A stretch of DNA of 64,000 nucleotides from positions 25,484,001 to 25,548,000 of the forward strand of contig NC_045696.1 of NCBI RefSeq assembly GCF_009834535.1, written 5' to 3'. Position numbers and translations under genes: made by a program. Source of the stretch: Camelus ferus (Eukaryota). This document shows, in pieces, positions 50,700 to 62,669 of this stretch (positions are counted from its first letter, which is position 1; each line of letters opens with the position of its first letter). Under the pieces are notes generated by a model that searched no databases, was not told where the DNA came from, and saw nothing but the letters and a program-made list of their open reading frames with translations.

Positions 50700-51330
50700 A
50701 GTATTAATTTATTAGCTTAATATTTACTAACTAGTTAATACACACTATGGACTCTGCCAGGTATTAGTTATATAATGAGGAGTGAGCTGGAAAGCAAACC
50801 ATGGTATCAGATGGCTCACAGTCTAGGAGGTCTTACAGACAAGGAAACAGGCAGGTACAATCAGGTGCCATATAAAGCTTGGAAGCAGACGATGCTGTTG
50901 GATCACTTAGGATACCTGCAGGGAGGTGGCTGTCAGAGGCTCTCCAGAAGGAGGTTTCTAAGCAGTAAACTGAGAAGAATAGTAGGGATTAGTTAGGGGA
51001 GGAAATGGCAAAAGGGGGAAGCTGTTATTCTAAGCAGGGAATGCAGGAGGTACAGAGACCCAGAAACAAGAGGGAGCAAGGTAGAATTTGGGGAGAGGAA
51101 GAGGGTGCTGGTGAGATGCTAGGCCGGAAGTAGATTTATGCTAAAAGCAATTGGGAAAGAGGCATTAAAAGAGGCTTTGAACAAGGAAGATACATGGTCA
51201 GGTTCGAGCTTTTAGAGAGAATGCCCCAGCTGCAGGATGGAGGATGACTTGAAAGGCCTGTAACAGCAGCCAGCAGGAGGGCATCCAGTGACCAGACCAA
51301 AGCAAGAGGCCAGGGGCCAAAAAGAGACAC
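50700..51330 (-). mobile_element. L2 fragment
   Basis: gctcacagtctaggagg...gtcagaggctctccagaaggagg...ggctttgaacaaggaagatacatggtcag. Confidence 0.75.
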
Positions 51331-51989
51331 AACCAACCTTAAGAGAAAAATTAAAGTTTTCTAAACTGTTTATTTGTTTTCAAGATCATTTCCTGTTTTC
51401 TCTAGGTACAGTTTCCCCCTCAGCGACACCCTCTCCCTTCATTCATCTACCCCAGGATTTCTCATCTCCTTCCCCTTTTCTTAGGGAACTCCAGTATTTC
51501 CCTCCCTTCAATCTCTCCCTCTTCCGTTTCTCTTTTATATGCCTGTATGTGCACAGATGTGCAGACACACATGTTATCAGAGTTTGAAAAATCATTTACC
51601 ATGAACTGACTTTGACTTTTTTCATGTTAAACTATTGACTCAATTCTGCCTTTGGGTTTTAATGCTCATCTGTTCAAATTGTGGAATGAAATCCTTTTCA
51701 AATAGTTGTAGTGTCGGCAGGATGCTCACCTCAGGTCTAGGGATCAGCCTGGGAGTCAGACGTGCTCTCTCTTCACTGCTTTCTATCTTGGTCCACAGTG
51801 GTATCTAGAATAGTCAATTCTATGACATTAGTTCTATTTGATTTGGTTGGAATTAATAACTCAGATAAAACATCTAGGTGGGTCTATACATTAAAATATT
51901 TAGAAGGGATTAGAGATCAAAGCCCTAAATTAGATTTTGAAATAGTTCATATGACCTCAAGCAAGACATTCTACCATTTATCTGTAAAA

Positions 51990-52389
51990 GACGTTAGAAA
52001 GGAGAATTGGTTTTATAGAGTAAAAAGAGGAAACACCAAGAGGGTCCCTGATTGGCAAGCATTCTGTTAAGACAGAAAGTTTGGAAGCAGGGAGAGACTT
52101 TCTGGTGAAGCTTCAGGAACGTTCAGCAGTCTTTGGTTGACTGCAAAGAGGGCAAGCAAGCAATTTGGGGATATTTCAAAAGAAGAAGAGTTGTTTAATG
52201 TTCAATTCCCTGGAACAAGTGGGAATCAGGGAGGTGCTGTCTTGTGAAATGGTCCTTATTGCATGAGGGGGTTGTCTTGGCAGGAAGATTCCAACAGAAA
52301 TGTGATTAAGCAATTTGCTCTTAATTTCTTAGTAAATCTTATTGTTTAGGCCTGATCTAATTCTTTAGTGTTTCTGGTTTTCCTTCACA
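51990..52389 (-). mobile_element. Possible ERV1-class LTR fragment
   Basis: Minus strand begins TGTGAAGG; ttttatagagtaaaaagaggaa...ctgattgg arrangement resembles MER31/MER67-type LTRs. Confidence 0.4.
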
Positions 52390-52489
52390 TTATATCCACC
52401 AAATATTCCTTCTTTCTTCAATTTTATTTCTTATAATTGAATATTATTTTCAATTTTTGTGAGTGGATACTTTTAAAACCTCCATTGAT

Positions 52490-52830
52490 TGGAGGGAGGG
52501 GTAAATTAGGAGTTTGAGATTAGCAGATACAAACTATTATTGCTAAAATAGATAAACAACAAGGCCCTATGGATAGCACAAGGAACCATATTCAAAACCT
52601 GGTAATAACCTATAATGACAAAGAATATGAAAAAGGATGTGTGTGTGTGTGCACATGCGTGTGTGTGTATATATATATATATACACACATGTATATACAC
52701 ATATACATATATACACATATACATATATATATATAACTGAATCACTATGCTGTATACCAGAAACTAACACAATATTGTAAATCAACTATACTTTGATTTT
52801 TTTTAAAAGGGAAAAAAACAAACAAACAAA
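52490..52830 (+). mobile_element. Camelid/cetartiodactyl L1 3' UTR with compound microsatellite
   Basis: taaattaggagtttgagattagcagatacaaact...aactgaatcactatgctgtataccagaaactaacacaatattgtaaatcaactatact plus A-rich tail. Confidence 0.95.
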
Positions 52831-53666
52831 AATGTAAGGATGGAAGGAACTTAAAACATCAAGAATTTCCATATCATTTCCTTTGGAATTTAGGGATTAA
52901 TAGATTATGCTGGTCATATTCCAATCTATTTTAGTGTCCCCAAAGAAGTTATGGGAATCTACTTTTGGATAAAAATTCCCCAAATATATATTTTAGGGAT
53001 TATATTATGTAGAACACTGGAGTAATTTTTTCTTCTCTTTAAAATTCTGTAACAATTCTTTGATAATTATTCTCCAAGAATAATTAGCAATAAATAGGAA
53101 ATTGACATTTTTCACATTTCTGGGACTACTGCACCTTGTTAATCTGCAGTAATCTTGAAAGAAAGGAGTAGAGGGAAGAAAGGAGGAGGGTGGGTGTAGG
53201 AAAAGGAGATTAAACATCATTTCTTTCTATCCATCCCAGGGAGATAGAAAGCAGTCTATTGTTATCCTTTCTAACAAAACATTAGTATAATTCTCTCCTG
53301 AATGGGATTATCTTTTAGAGGTTTCGTCTATAATGAGAGTATAATTAATTAACAAGCTTCATGTATGCTATTTATCTTTATATATTACTACTTGGTACCT
53401 TTTTTTAACTTAAAAAAGATAACTCATTATAAAAGAAATAGTGGGGTTTAGCCAAGATTGCCAGAAAAATTATTTATCGATTATGAGATTTTCTTTCTAA
53501 TCCACCCCCTACCCTCCATACTCATCTTCCCCATAAATTGGGAGACATAAGAATTGCATGGAAATTCATAAGAATTTTATTTTTGTAAAACAGGAGATTA
53601 CATGGCTTCACAATGGAAACCAACAAATTCTGCTGATTGGAGGCAAATTCTCAAAATTCAGCTTTC

Positions 53667-53708
53667 GTGTGTGTGTGTGTGTGTGTGTGTGTGTCTGTGT
53701 GTGTGTGT
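53667..53708. repeat. (GT)n microsatellite
   Basis: GT run with one interruption. Confidence 0.97.
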
Positions 53709-53769
53709 ATTTCAATGTTTACACCTCCCAGCAAGAACCTTCCATATCAAAGAGCCAAGCATATTATTG

Positions 53770-53870
53770 CCTTTAATTAACACTGTTGAGTTGTTAGCAT
53801 ATCCAAAAGCACTTTATATGTGCTTCAGCCACACCTGAAATGCAGCCAGCAACACCACATAATCGCTTTT
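53770..53870 (-). mobile_element. Probable AmnSINE1 (DeuSINE) relic
   Basis: atccaaaagcactttat...cttcagccacacctgaaatgcagcca...gcaacaccacataa; three ordered blocks resembling the recalled reverse AmnSINE1 3' region. Confidence 0.5.
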
Positions 53871-54284
53871 GTACTAAATCAAATTAGAAGCAATTTAACA
53901 CTTACTAGGAGTACTGGGGAAGACATCTGGGTTGAGGGTTTCAGTTTCTGAAGTGTACTACTTGGATGTTGGAAGTGAAATTCTTGAGTACTTATTTAGG
54001 GAATCTTAAGCTTCATCATAATCCATTTTTTCCTCAAAAGAAATGATTACCACCATTGTTATTATCTGAGGATTTATTGCATCATGGTTGATGAGATATA
54101 ATAAGTCAGTCCTGGCTCATTAAGGCACCTCCAAACCCAGCAAAGAACAGCCCTTTGTTTAAAAATGCCCAGTCCTCCACCTTTGTTTTAGATGGCGCTT
54201 TCATCCCACCTTCCCATGCACTTCATCAGGTGTTTCCTCTCTCTCCTGAACTTCCAACTTTTTCTCTCTACTTGAGAAACAAAT

Positions 54285-54535
54285 GTATTGTAGAATATTA
54301 AGAGCCAAAACTAGAGTGAGCCTGTTTAAATCCTGACTCTGTCACTTAACCAGCTTGAGACCTTGGACAAGTCCACCTTTCTGTGCCCCAGTTCCCGTGT
54401 CCATAAATGTAAAATAGCAGTAACTATTTCGGAGGATTGTCACGAGTATGAAATAAAGCTGTATAGGTGAACACCTAGAACAATTCCTAGCACATAGTGC
54501 AGACTCAAACATTGATTGCTGTTACTTTTTATTAT
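54285..54535 (+). mobile_element. MIR SINE, apparently inserted in L2
   Basis: tttaaatcctgactctgtcactta...gaccttggacaagtc...ctgtgccccagttccc...cctagcacatagt. Confidence 0.85.
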
Positions 54536-54539
54536 TACT

Positions 54540-55765
54540 GAATCCTTCCCATTAGCATTCAAAAAATGCTGTAGTATGTATGCATCATTCGATTAAACCC
54601 CAGTTTCACATTACTCTCCCGTATGTGTACTATCCTTTCCAACCAAGCTTAAATCAAAGTTGTCTACACAGGCTGGCTTCACTTTTCACCTCCCACTCAC
54701 TGTTCTATCCTCTGTCCCTACTCCCAATGCCATTTCACCGAAGTTGCTGTTGTTGAGGTCGTTGGAAACCTCTTTGTTGTCATGTTTAGCGTGGACTGTT
54801 CAGTCATCATCGTCCATGACCTCCCAGCTGCATCTTACATGGTTGATGTTCTGTCTGTCTTGGCCCCCACAGCACCTTATTATTCTCTCTCTCTGCCTGT
54901 CCTCTGTCTTCCTTGCTGGCCCCTTCCTCCCTTCTCAAGCCATCTGCTTACCCCAGCAATCTCAGGAGTCCCATCACTTCACATATCAGCCATCTATGGT
55001 TGCTTCCATTTTCTTTTTCCAAGCTTCAGACTAAAAGATTCAATAGCCTTCTCAGTATTTACAACTAAATACTGAAGAGACATATCACACCCAACATTTA
55101 AGCCCAAACTACTGCTCTTTTCCCCTAAACTTGCCACTTCTGCAACCTTCTTCAATTTAGTAAATGACACTTCCCTACTTACTACGGCCGGAACAAACAT
55201 CATCTGCCTGTGGTCACTCTCCTTGACTCATTTAATATCCATCACTGTAGCCTAGCATTTTCCCTACAAAACCTCTCTTGAAACCCATCCAAGTCTCTCT
55301 GGCGTCATTCTTCGCACCTTACTTTAATCTTGTTACTTATTCCTGGACAATTGCAAATTGCTTCCTCCCCTCTCTTCCTTATTCTGCTACCTACTCCCTT
55401 TGATCCTTTGTCCACAAACAGCCTGAGTAATCTTTTACAAATAAAAATAGGAGTGTATTACTTTCCTGTGCAAAATCCTTCCATTGGCTTCTTATCGTTA
55501 ACTATAATGAAAGAGAACAGCTTCGCCATGGACTGTCTGTCCCCAGTTAGAGTAACGTTTCTCTAGTACACTGTATAAAACATCCTAGTCTTTTGTGTCA
55601 TATGGTTTTCTCAAAGTTTGAAGCTTTGTTTATTTATGCTTTTATTTTTAAATTACTGTCTTTCCTCTGTAACTGTAAGTACCATGAAATCTGAGAACTT
55701 TTTTTTTTTTACTAAATCTGTAGTGTTTCTGGTTCAATAAAGGTCTTTCGAAGGGATGAATAAAT
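54540..55765 (+). mobile_element. L2 LINE, about 1.2 kb, ending in the 3' tail
   Basis: gacctcccagctgcat...ccacaaacagcctgagtaatcttttacaa...ctgtaagtaccatga...gaatgaataaa-like end. Confidence 0.8.
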
Positions 55766-57329
55766 TATTTAAACAGCTTCCACAACTATTTCCACAAAAA
55801 AACTCTATCAAGTATGCCATACTGTAAATATTGTATAAGAAAGAATAGAATTTTACCTTAATGATTTAGAAATTATTTACTTAAACTTTTGGGTTTTGAA
55901 GGGGGATTTCATGTCTAATTTACCTACCTGTTAAGACCAGATGGAGGTCAGCTGGAGCCTTATGTATGACCTTTGGAAGCTGATAAAATACGGCATAAGT
56001 TTTTATTGCTCTTTCCAAGAAAAGGTAGGATTTTGGTTAAGTTACCAAAAAAAAAAAAAAAAAACCCAAAAAACAACTATGAGCCTGTTTTTGCAAACAA
56101 AAAATAAACACAATAAACATAATACTACCTCCCTTAATCAGCTGATATGAAAATGAAATTATATGTGACACAAACATGTCAAAGGCCCTCAAAAACAAAC
56201 CCCACTCATTGCCTTTGTCAGTCGGAACCTGTTCTCAGGCCTGAGATGCCTTGCTTTGGGCCTCATCCTTGGGCTCTCTGTATGGGCTCTGTCTGGGGCC
56301 ACCTGCAGAGGCCACCGACACAGGAGAAGGCTAACTGAGCAGGCTGGTTCGAGTATCTAAGCTCTTCCTGCATTCCGCTCCTGAGCTGGGATTTTATTAG
56401 GAGACCTCCCTTTGGGGCTGGTGCTGTATCACTCCTGTCATTTGTTTTATTTCAGTTTTTTTTTTAATCAAAGTCATCACTCAGATTATTGTATTACTAA
56501 CTTTATAAGTGTTTATTTTCGTCTGATTGATGTTGTTTTGTTTTGTTTTGCTTTGGTCTTATTGTATCTTCAATTCTCCATTTACTTTATTTTATTTTTC
56601 AATACTTATTTTTGTAGCTTAATATCTGAATGTAGCACTTGATTGATCAGCTAAGCTTCATTAGCTAAAATAATGCACTTTAATATTTTACTCTTTTGCA
56701 GAGTCTACTGTTATAAGGATATGACATGCAGGAACTCAGCAATAAAGAAGCATTTGGAAGAACAATTAAGTTATTTTTCACTTCTTTTGGCCCAACGCCT
56801 CCCTTCTAGCCCTCAAGAGTAAATTCATCATTATCAGAAAAGTAGAAGCCTTTTACTTTAAGATAGCAAGTGCTCCTTAGCTTTTCAAAACTTAGGCCCA
56901 TGTCTGAAAAGTACATACATTTCTTTAACTGTAGCCACCTTGGCCCTCTGAGGGTTTGGGTTGTTCTCTTCTTCCTAGCTCCTGCTAAGAATCACAGGCT
57001 GGACAGAGCATTAAACCTTTACTGAACACCTGAAATCTTGCTAGTTAGGGAGATTGTAACAAAGACAAGAAGTGACCCTTATCCACAGCAGTAGCTGCAA
57101 AAGGCTAAGGAGTTCTTTCTTAAAAGGTAAAAGATAGGAGTCTGTAGCTGGTTTTAATATTTCTGCAAGCTCAACAGATAAAGCTTCTTGCGTCTTTTCC
57201 CAAGACTAGAATAGTATCAACAGCAGAACAATAATCCTGATTCTCACGCAAAAAAAAGCAATCATTTGCTTAGTGAATAGAGTTGGTTAGACAAAGCTTT
57301 CAAAATATATAGGTCACAAGAAAAATAAT

Positions 57330-58125
57330 GAGCGAGGTACTTGACAGTGGCAATGTTTAGGAATACTGCCTTTAAGGTACTCACACGACCCAGTAATTGA
57401 GAATATAACATAAATACATAAAAAGCAAGAAAAGCATATGTAAGGAAATAGAGATTTGAGTGCTAATCTACATGGTATAGATTTGCATTTTAAAAAAAGC
57501 AATAGGTTGGGCTTAGCCAAGAAGACCTCACTCAGGATAAGCTTAATTTTTTTAAATATAAAAAATGGTTTGGAGAAAGTAGAAGAAGAAAACACACATT
57601 GTGAATGTGCAAAATGTGTATCCAGACAGAGAGAGGGGAAGGTTCATGGAAGTACAAGAAACCTGAACCCAGTAGAGAATTAGCTATGGTAAGTAATGGA
57701 GAAGAAAAATGATTGGTCGGGCAGGATAAAAGCAGCTAACTCATTGTTTTAAATGTTAGGTCAAGGAGTTTAACCTTGATTCATGCCCAGTGCAAAGTCA
57801 TTATATTCTTCAGCAGATCAACTGGAAAAGGATGTAGAAGAAAAGATCAGTTAAGAAAGTATATATACTAAATTTGCAAAGTTTCATGATATTGTTATGA
57901 TTTTTAAGATGTGTCATGAAGTTTGCCTCTAATTTTAATTTGTGTTAAAAAATTATTATAGTAATTGAGGCATAAGTTGGGTATGGCCTGATTGTACAGT
58001 GATGGGTCGTTGTGAAGAAGACATACAACTTGGTGACTGACAGGACGCAAGAGAAGTCAAAGTGACCCCCAGGTCTCTGGCCAAAGTGACCAGGAAAATG
58101 GTGGTGCCTTTGACCCTTCGTGAGG
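57330..58125 (-). mobile_element. L2 fragment
   Basis: aacttggtgactga...gagaagtcaaagtgacccccaggtctctggcc...gaaaatggtggtgcc. Confidence 0.7.
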
Positions 58126-59169
58126 ACACAATTAGCCTGGCTTTTATCCTTAAACTTTAATTAAATTGGTTGAGGTTATTTAAAGAGAGAAGTTATTGGT
58201 ACCATAAATCCAAAATTGTTCCTCTCCTTTAAAAATAATTCCTCTTCAGTTACTCCAAAACATTGACCCTTCAAGTCAGGCATAAGATTTTATGGTTTAT
58301 TTATAGTACTGACATTTAAATGCCAGCTTTTTGGCTTGTTAGTAATATTTATGAAAGGATATATATATTCATGAAAAAAGAACTCCACTAAGTTACACAG
58401 GCAAATATAATTTAAGAAAACACTTTATGAAACAAAATTGTTATGCAGTATATTTTTTAGTTGAAACATTCGGGCATAACTGTACACATGGTTCATGATA
58501 TCACTTGTAAAGTTTTCAAAATCTTCCCTCCTCAAACACAAAAAGAGGTAGAATACATATAAAATAAATAGGAAATTTAAAAAAATTATATTTGACCAGG
58601 ACAGTTTGCCGGGTTTCATTTGATTCACCTCAATGTACATAACTGTGCAGGAGGGTGTTTTCTAATTCATAATGTGAGCTATTTGAGTCCTTATATTTAT
58701 GGATTTCTACTTGCAATAATAGAAATGATGGAGGTCATTACAGTTGTAATCACATTTAAGATAGCAGTAATGGCAGTTCAGGGATTAACTAGGAGACAGC
58801 ATGTTCAAAATCTAAGTAAACCTCTTCAGAAAACACAAATATTGGCTAGAAATGTTCCCTAACACTTGAACCTGTTTTGAGATTTGGTAGCTGTAAATTA
58901 CTATTTTATGACAACTCTATTTTTACCTACTTCCTCACTACAGAGCCCTCTCTGTAGTGGGTTTAGAACAGGTAGTTCCTAAAATGTCAAGAACAGTCAC
59001 AACAACATATTATAAAATTTTATCTTGGGATATATTTCAAAAAGAAAAAAAAAGCCACCTAACTTATTTGCTAGAGCATAGAACTCAGCTGCAGGCAGAA
59101 ATTTTTATGCAAGTAAGTTTTGGTTCCTGGAGCATCAGGAGGCAGCAAATGAGGACCTAATACACCCCA

Positions 59170-59310
59170 ATGTTAATGTAAAGATCACATGAATTTGAGA
59201 GCTCCCTGAGGATAGAGGCTTGTAATATTTTAACTGTGTATTTCCAGAATTTGTCTCGGTGTCTGGCTCATGATAGATGCTTCTTAAATATTTGGTCGAG
59301 CAAATGAATT
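59170..59310 (+). mobile_element. L2 3' tail
   Basis: gagctccctgaggatagagg...gtgtctggctcatgatagatgcttcttaaatatttggtcgagcaaatgaat. Confidence 0.75.
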
Positions 59311-59585
59311 AGCAAATGAGGTTGACATCTCTGAGCTGCAGTAGAATAAGAACTAAAGAATGAGATGAACTCTTCTCCAGAATTTTATGTAGCTCTAATA
59401 TGTGATATACATATACACACATCACACACACACACACACACACTCTCTTGCATAAACACTTTCTAAAACATTCCACACTGCTATCCTTAGAATTCAAATT
59501 ACCAAATAGAGTGGCCCTTTCTCAGGCATTAAAATACCAGGCTTCTCACTGCATTTCAAAATATTTTCTTTCCTGGATGCTCTCC

Positions 59586-59627
59586 TTTTTTTTTTCTAAT
59601 TAAAGTATAGCCAGTTTATAATGTTGT
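59586..59627 (-). mobile_element. Ultra-short (~40 bp) L1 3' terminus insertion
   Basis: (T)n ctaattaaagtatagccagtttataatgttgt matches the L1 terminus also seen at 46924; TSD ggatgctctcctttt (59575-59589) / ggactctctcctttt (59628-59642). Confidence 0.75.
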
Positions 59628-60239
59628 GGACTCTCTCCTTTTTGGGGTTTCCACAGTTCAATCATTTGGCCAGTTTTCCTCCTTCTCACTAATTTCTCTG
59701 CCTTTCAGTCTCCCCTATGGCTCCTTCTTAGATGTTAATTAGCATAGTGATTCCTACTCATTTCCCTCCTTCCTCGAAATGATCATGGATTTGAATTTTT
59801 AGTTAATTATTATAGATTCAATCAGTGGTTCTCAAAACTCTCATACTTGACAACATTCTCCAAAAGGATGCCAAGGGGAGGAAAAACAATAGAGTATATG
59901 ACTGATTACAAATGTTCAATCAGTTGGTATATTTAGAAAAACATTAGGATCAGTTTTTTAGTTATACTTTACAAGTGTAGTTATTTTTATTTCAGGACTC
60001 TTGGCAAAATTTATCATTAATTGGGAAAATATGTCATCCATATGTATATTATTATACAGGTGTGTGTATCCAAAGTAATTCTCAACAGCGATGTAATACA
60101 TAAATTTGAGGCTCTAATGGAGCGTTCTTACTTTTTAAATAAATTCTTTGAGTAACTGGGGAAGATAAACAGCCTAACTATGTTATATTGTCCTCATGAT
60201 AGCAGACAGGGTTTTCTCAAAACTTTGTAACTCTCTGAG

Positions 60240-60255
60240 GCTCCCCCTAGTGTTC
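60240..60255 (-). promoter_or_regulatory. Candidate CTCF site
   Basis: Minus strand GAACACTAGGGGGAGC vs core CCACTAGGGGGCGC; motif only. Confidence 0.35.
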
Positions 60256-60704
60256 TTAACTGGATATAAAAAGTGACAAGCTTGCATTTGGTATGTCCAA
60301 CAGTGAATTAGAGATGTATCAAAAGGATCAAAATATTGCTTTAAGATAGTATCAGCATTTCTTAAGTGTTTAGGATAATTGAAAAATGAGATTGGTGTTT
60401 AGAAAAAAATAATCCTCTAAAGCATACAGCTTATGCTTCTTAACACAGTTTATGACAATAGGTATATTCAAATGGTCACTGAGGAAATTTTATGCAGGTT
60501 GTAGTTTGTGAATGACACATTTTAACCACATAATTATACTTGTAATTTGCAATAATATCAATAGAATAGTGTCAGATTATTTAATTTTGAAGTGGTTAGA
60601 TGATAACCTCTTGTTGGAGTTATCTTCTCTGTGTTTCTATCTATTCATGGCCTGGGATTTTAGAGATTAGGCCTAGTTGTCAGTCTGAATCCCTCCCCTC
60701 AAGA

Positions 60705-60941
60705 CAGTTCTGTCCAACAGAATTTTAATGTGAGCCCCATGTATAACTTTAAACAGTTTTGTAGTTTTTTTTTTTTTTAAGAGTGGAAACAGGTAAGTTA
60801 AGATTGCATTTAACCCAATATTTTCAGTTTTAAAATTATAGCATGCATTTTACAGTTGCATTCCTTCTCAGTTTGGACTAGCTACAATTCAAGTGCTCAA
60901 CAGCCACATGTGGTTAGTGGCTGCCGTATTGGGCAGCACAG
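60705..60941 (+). mobile_element. MER33 hAT-Charlie MITE (internally deleted)
   Basis: cagttctgtccaacagaa...ttcaagtgctcaacagccacatgtggttagtggctgccgtattgggcagcacag. Confidence 0.88.
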
Positions 60942-62281
60942 TATTAGATCACGTTTCCTCTTAAGCATTTGCTTGAAAGGAACACTGTAAGCATTTGTCA
61001 TGGACTATGAGACATTTTAGCTAAAAGTACACTTACTAAGACAGGAGCACCATTCACGGATACAAAGAAATGGTCCCAGGTTGTAGTTTTCTGACATACT
61101 GATGGTGTCCCCAGAGAGCAGCCTGGAAAATGAACTCAGAGGCTACTTTTCAGATGGCGGAGGGACGTGCATATTGACAAGCCTCACCCTGTGATTTCAG
61201 CAGTGTTGACTGAAGTCATCTTTATGGTTTTGTAGAACTGAATGTCTGATTCTTTTTAAACTGCTGAATCCAAATATAAGACACAATTTCTCCTTCATTT
61301 GCCACCAAACAAGGAAAGATGGTGGATAGACTTTTGTAAGCTTTCGCCATTATTACATAAATTGTCCTTGTTTAAAATAGCTTCCCTTGAGCCTGACACC
61401 CACTTCATAGCAACGATTACTATGTAAAACCATATTCTTTACTTCTTGACTTGTTTTTCCCCACTTAATGTGAGCCCCATGAGATTAGAGACTTTCCAGT
61501 TTACTGCTCTATTCTTCATACCTGTGCTGCTACACAGTAGATGCCCAGTTGAATAAATAAGTTTTTTAAACTAAATGATTTGTTTCAATGTTAGGAAATA
61601 ATTTTCCCCAAGACGTCCCCTTCAAACACAGTCTTTGCTTTACAGTCTTTACACATTCTCCCTTTCCATCTTCTGACATTATGTGGTGGACAGTGTATAG
61701 GGCACATAGTGGAGACAGTCATTTTATCACCTGCTCTCTTGCCTTGGAAAATGCCACCTAATTCCATGTCTTAGCCAGCATGCTACTAAATGGAAATGAT
61801 CGACTTTACTTACCTCATGGAGTTGTTAGAATGATTACTTTTGGTATATTATAATTTATAAAATTATAAATAATTCAAAATACTAAAGTGTGTGTGTGCA
61901 TGTGCGTGTGTGTTTATATAATCATGCATGAATATTGGACAGAAAAGACTCTTTCTTCTTCCTTTAAAGTTTCTCATCTGCAAGGTCAGCCCCATTTCCA
62001 GATTACATATGATCTTCCTTTCCCAAGAGCTTGTATAACTTTCTATCTGTATCATTCATTTGTAAACTTAACTATATGTGAATTTGCAACAGTATGTGGC
62101 TGTGTCATGTATGGATATAATTATCAACTTGGTAGAAAATTCCTGATGGGCATAATTCAGGCCAATGATGAAGGGAAGAATCTTATAAATTCTCATTTAA
62201 TAGATTTGTTTCTGCATATCAAATATCATCTAAATTGTACACTGTGATTCAGAATTTTAATGTTCTCATCAGTAAATTTAT

Positions 62282-62321
62282 TTAAAGCCTTGTGGAGGAC
62301 ATTAAAGCCTTGTGGAGGACA
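62282..62321. repeat. Perfect 20-bp tandem duplication
   Basis: ttaaagccttgtggaggaca x2. Confidence 0.98.
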
Positions 62322-62383
62322 TAGTAGGCAGTAACATTTTAAATAACTGATTCTAAAATTTTTATTTTTAAATTAAAAATATG

Positions 62384-62669
62384 ACAGACATAGAAAACAA
62401 ACTTATGGTTACCAAAGCGGGGTGGGGATAAATTAGGAGTTTGAGATTAACAGATACACACTACTATATATAAAATAAACAACAAGGACCTACTGTATAA
62501 CACAGGAAACTATATTCAATGCCTTGAATAATCTATAATGGAAAATAATCTGAAAATTAATATGTGTGTATATATATATACACATATATACATATATATG
62601 TATATATATAACTGAATCACTTTACTGTACACCTGAAACTGAAACAACATTGTAAATCAACTATACTTC
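62384..62669 (+). mobile_element. Camelid/cetartiodactyl L1 3' UTR
   Basis: acagacatagaaaacaaacttatggttaccaaag...aacattgtaaatcaactatacttc; TSD aattaaaaatatg (62371-62383) / aattaaaaacatg (62670-62682). Confidence 0.95.

Noticed and set aside
5..62247. The many 60-125 aa ORFs in the supplied track
   Set aside because: None resembles a protein I recognise; many start at non-ATG codons or translate microsatellites (ERER, CVCV, IYIY) or decayed repeats
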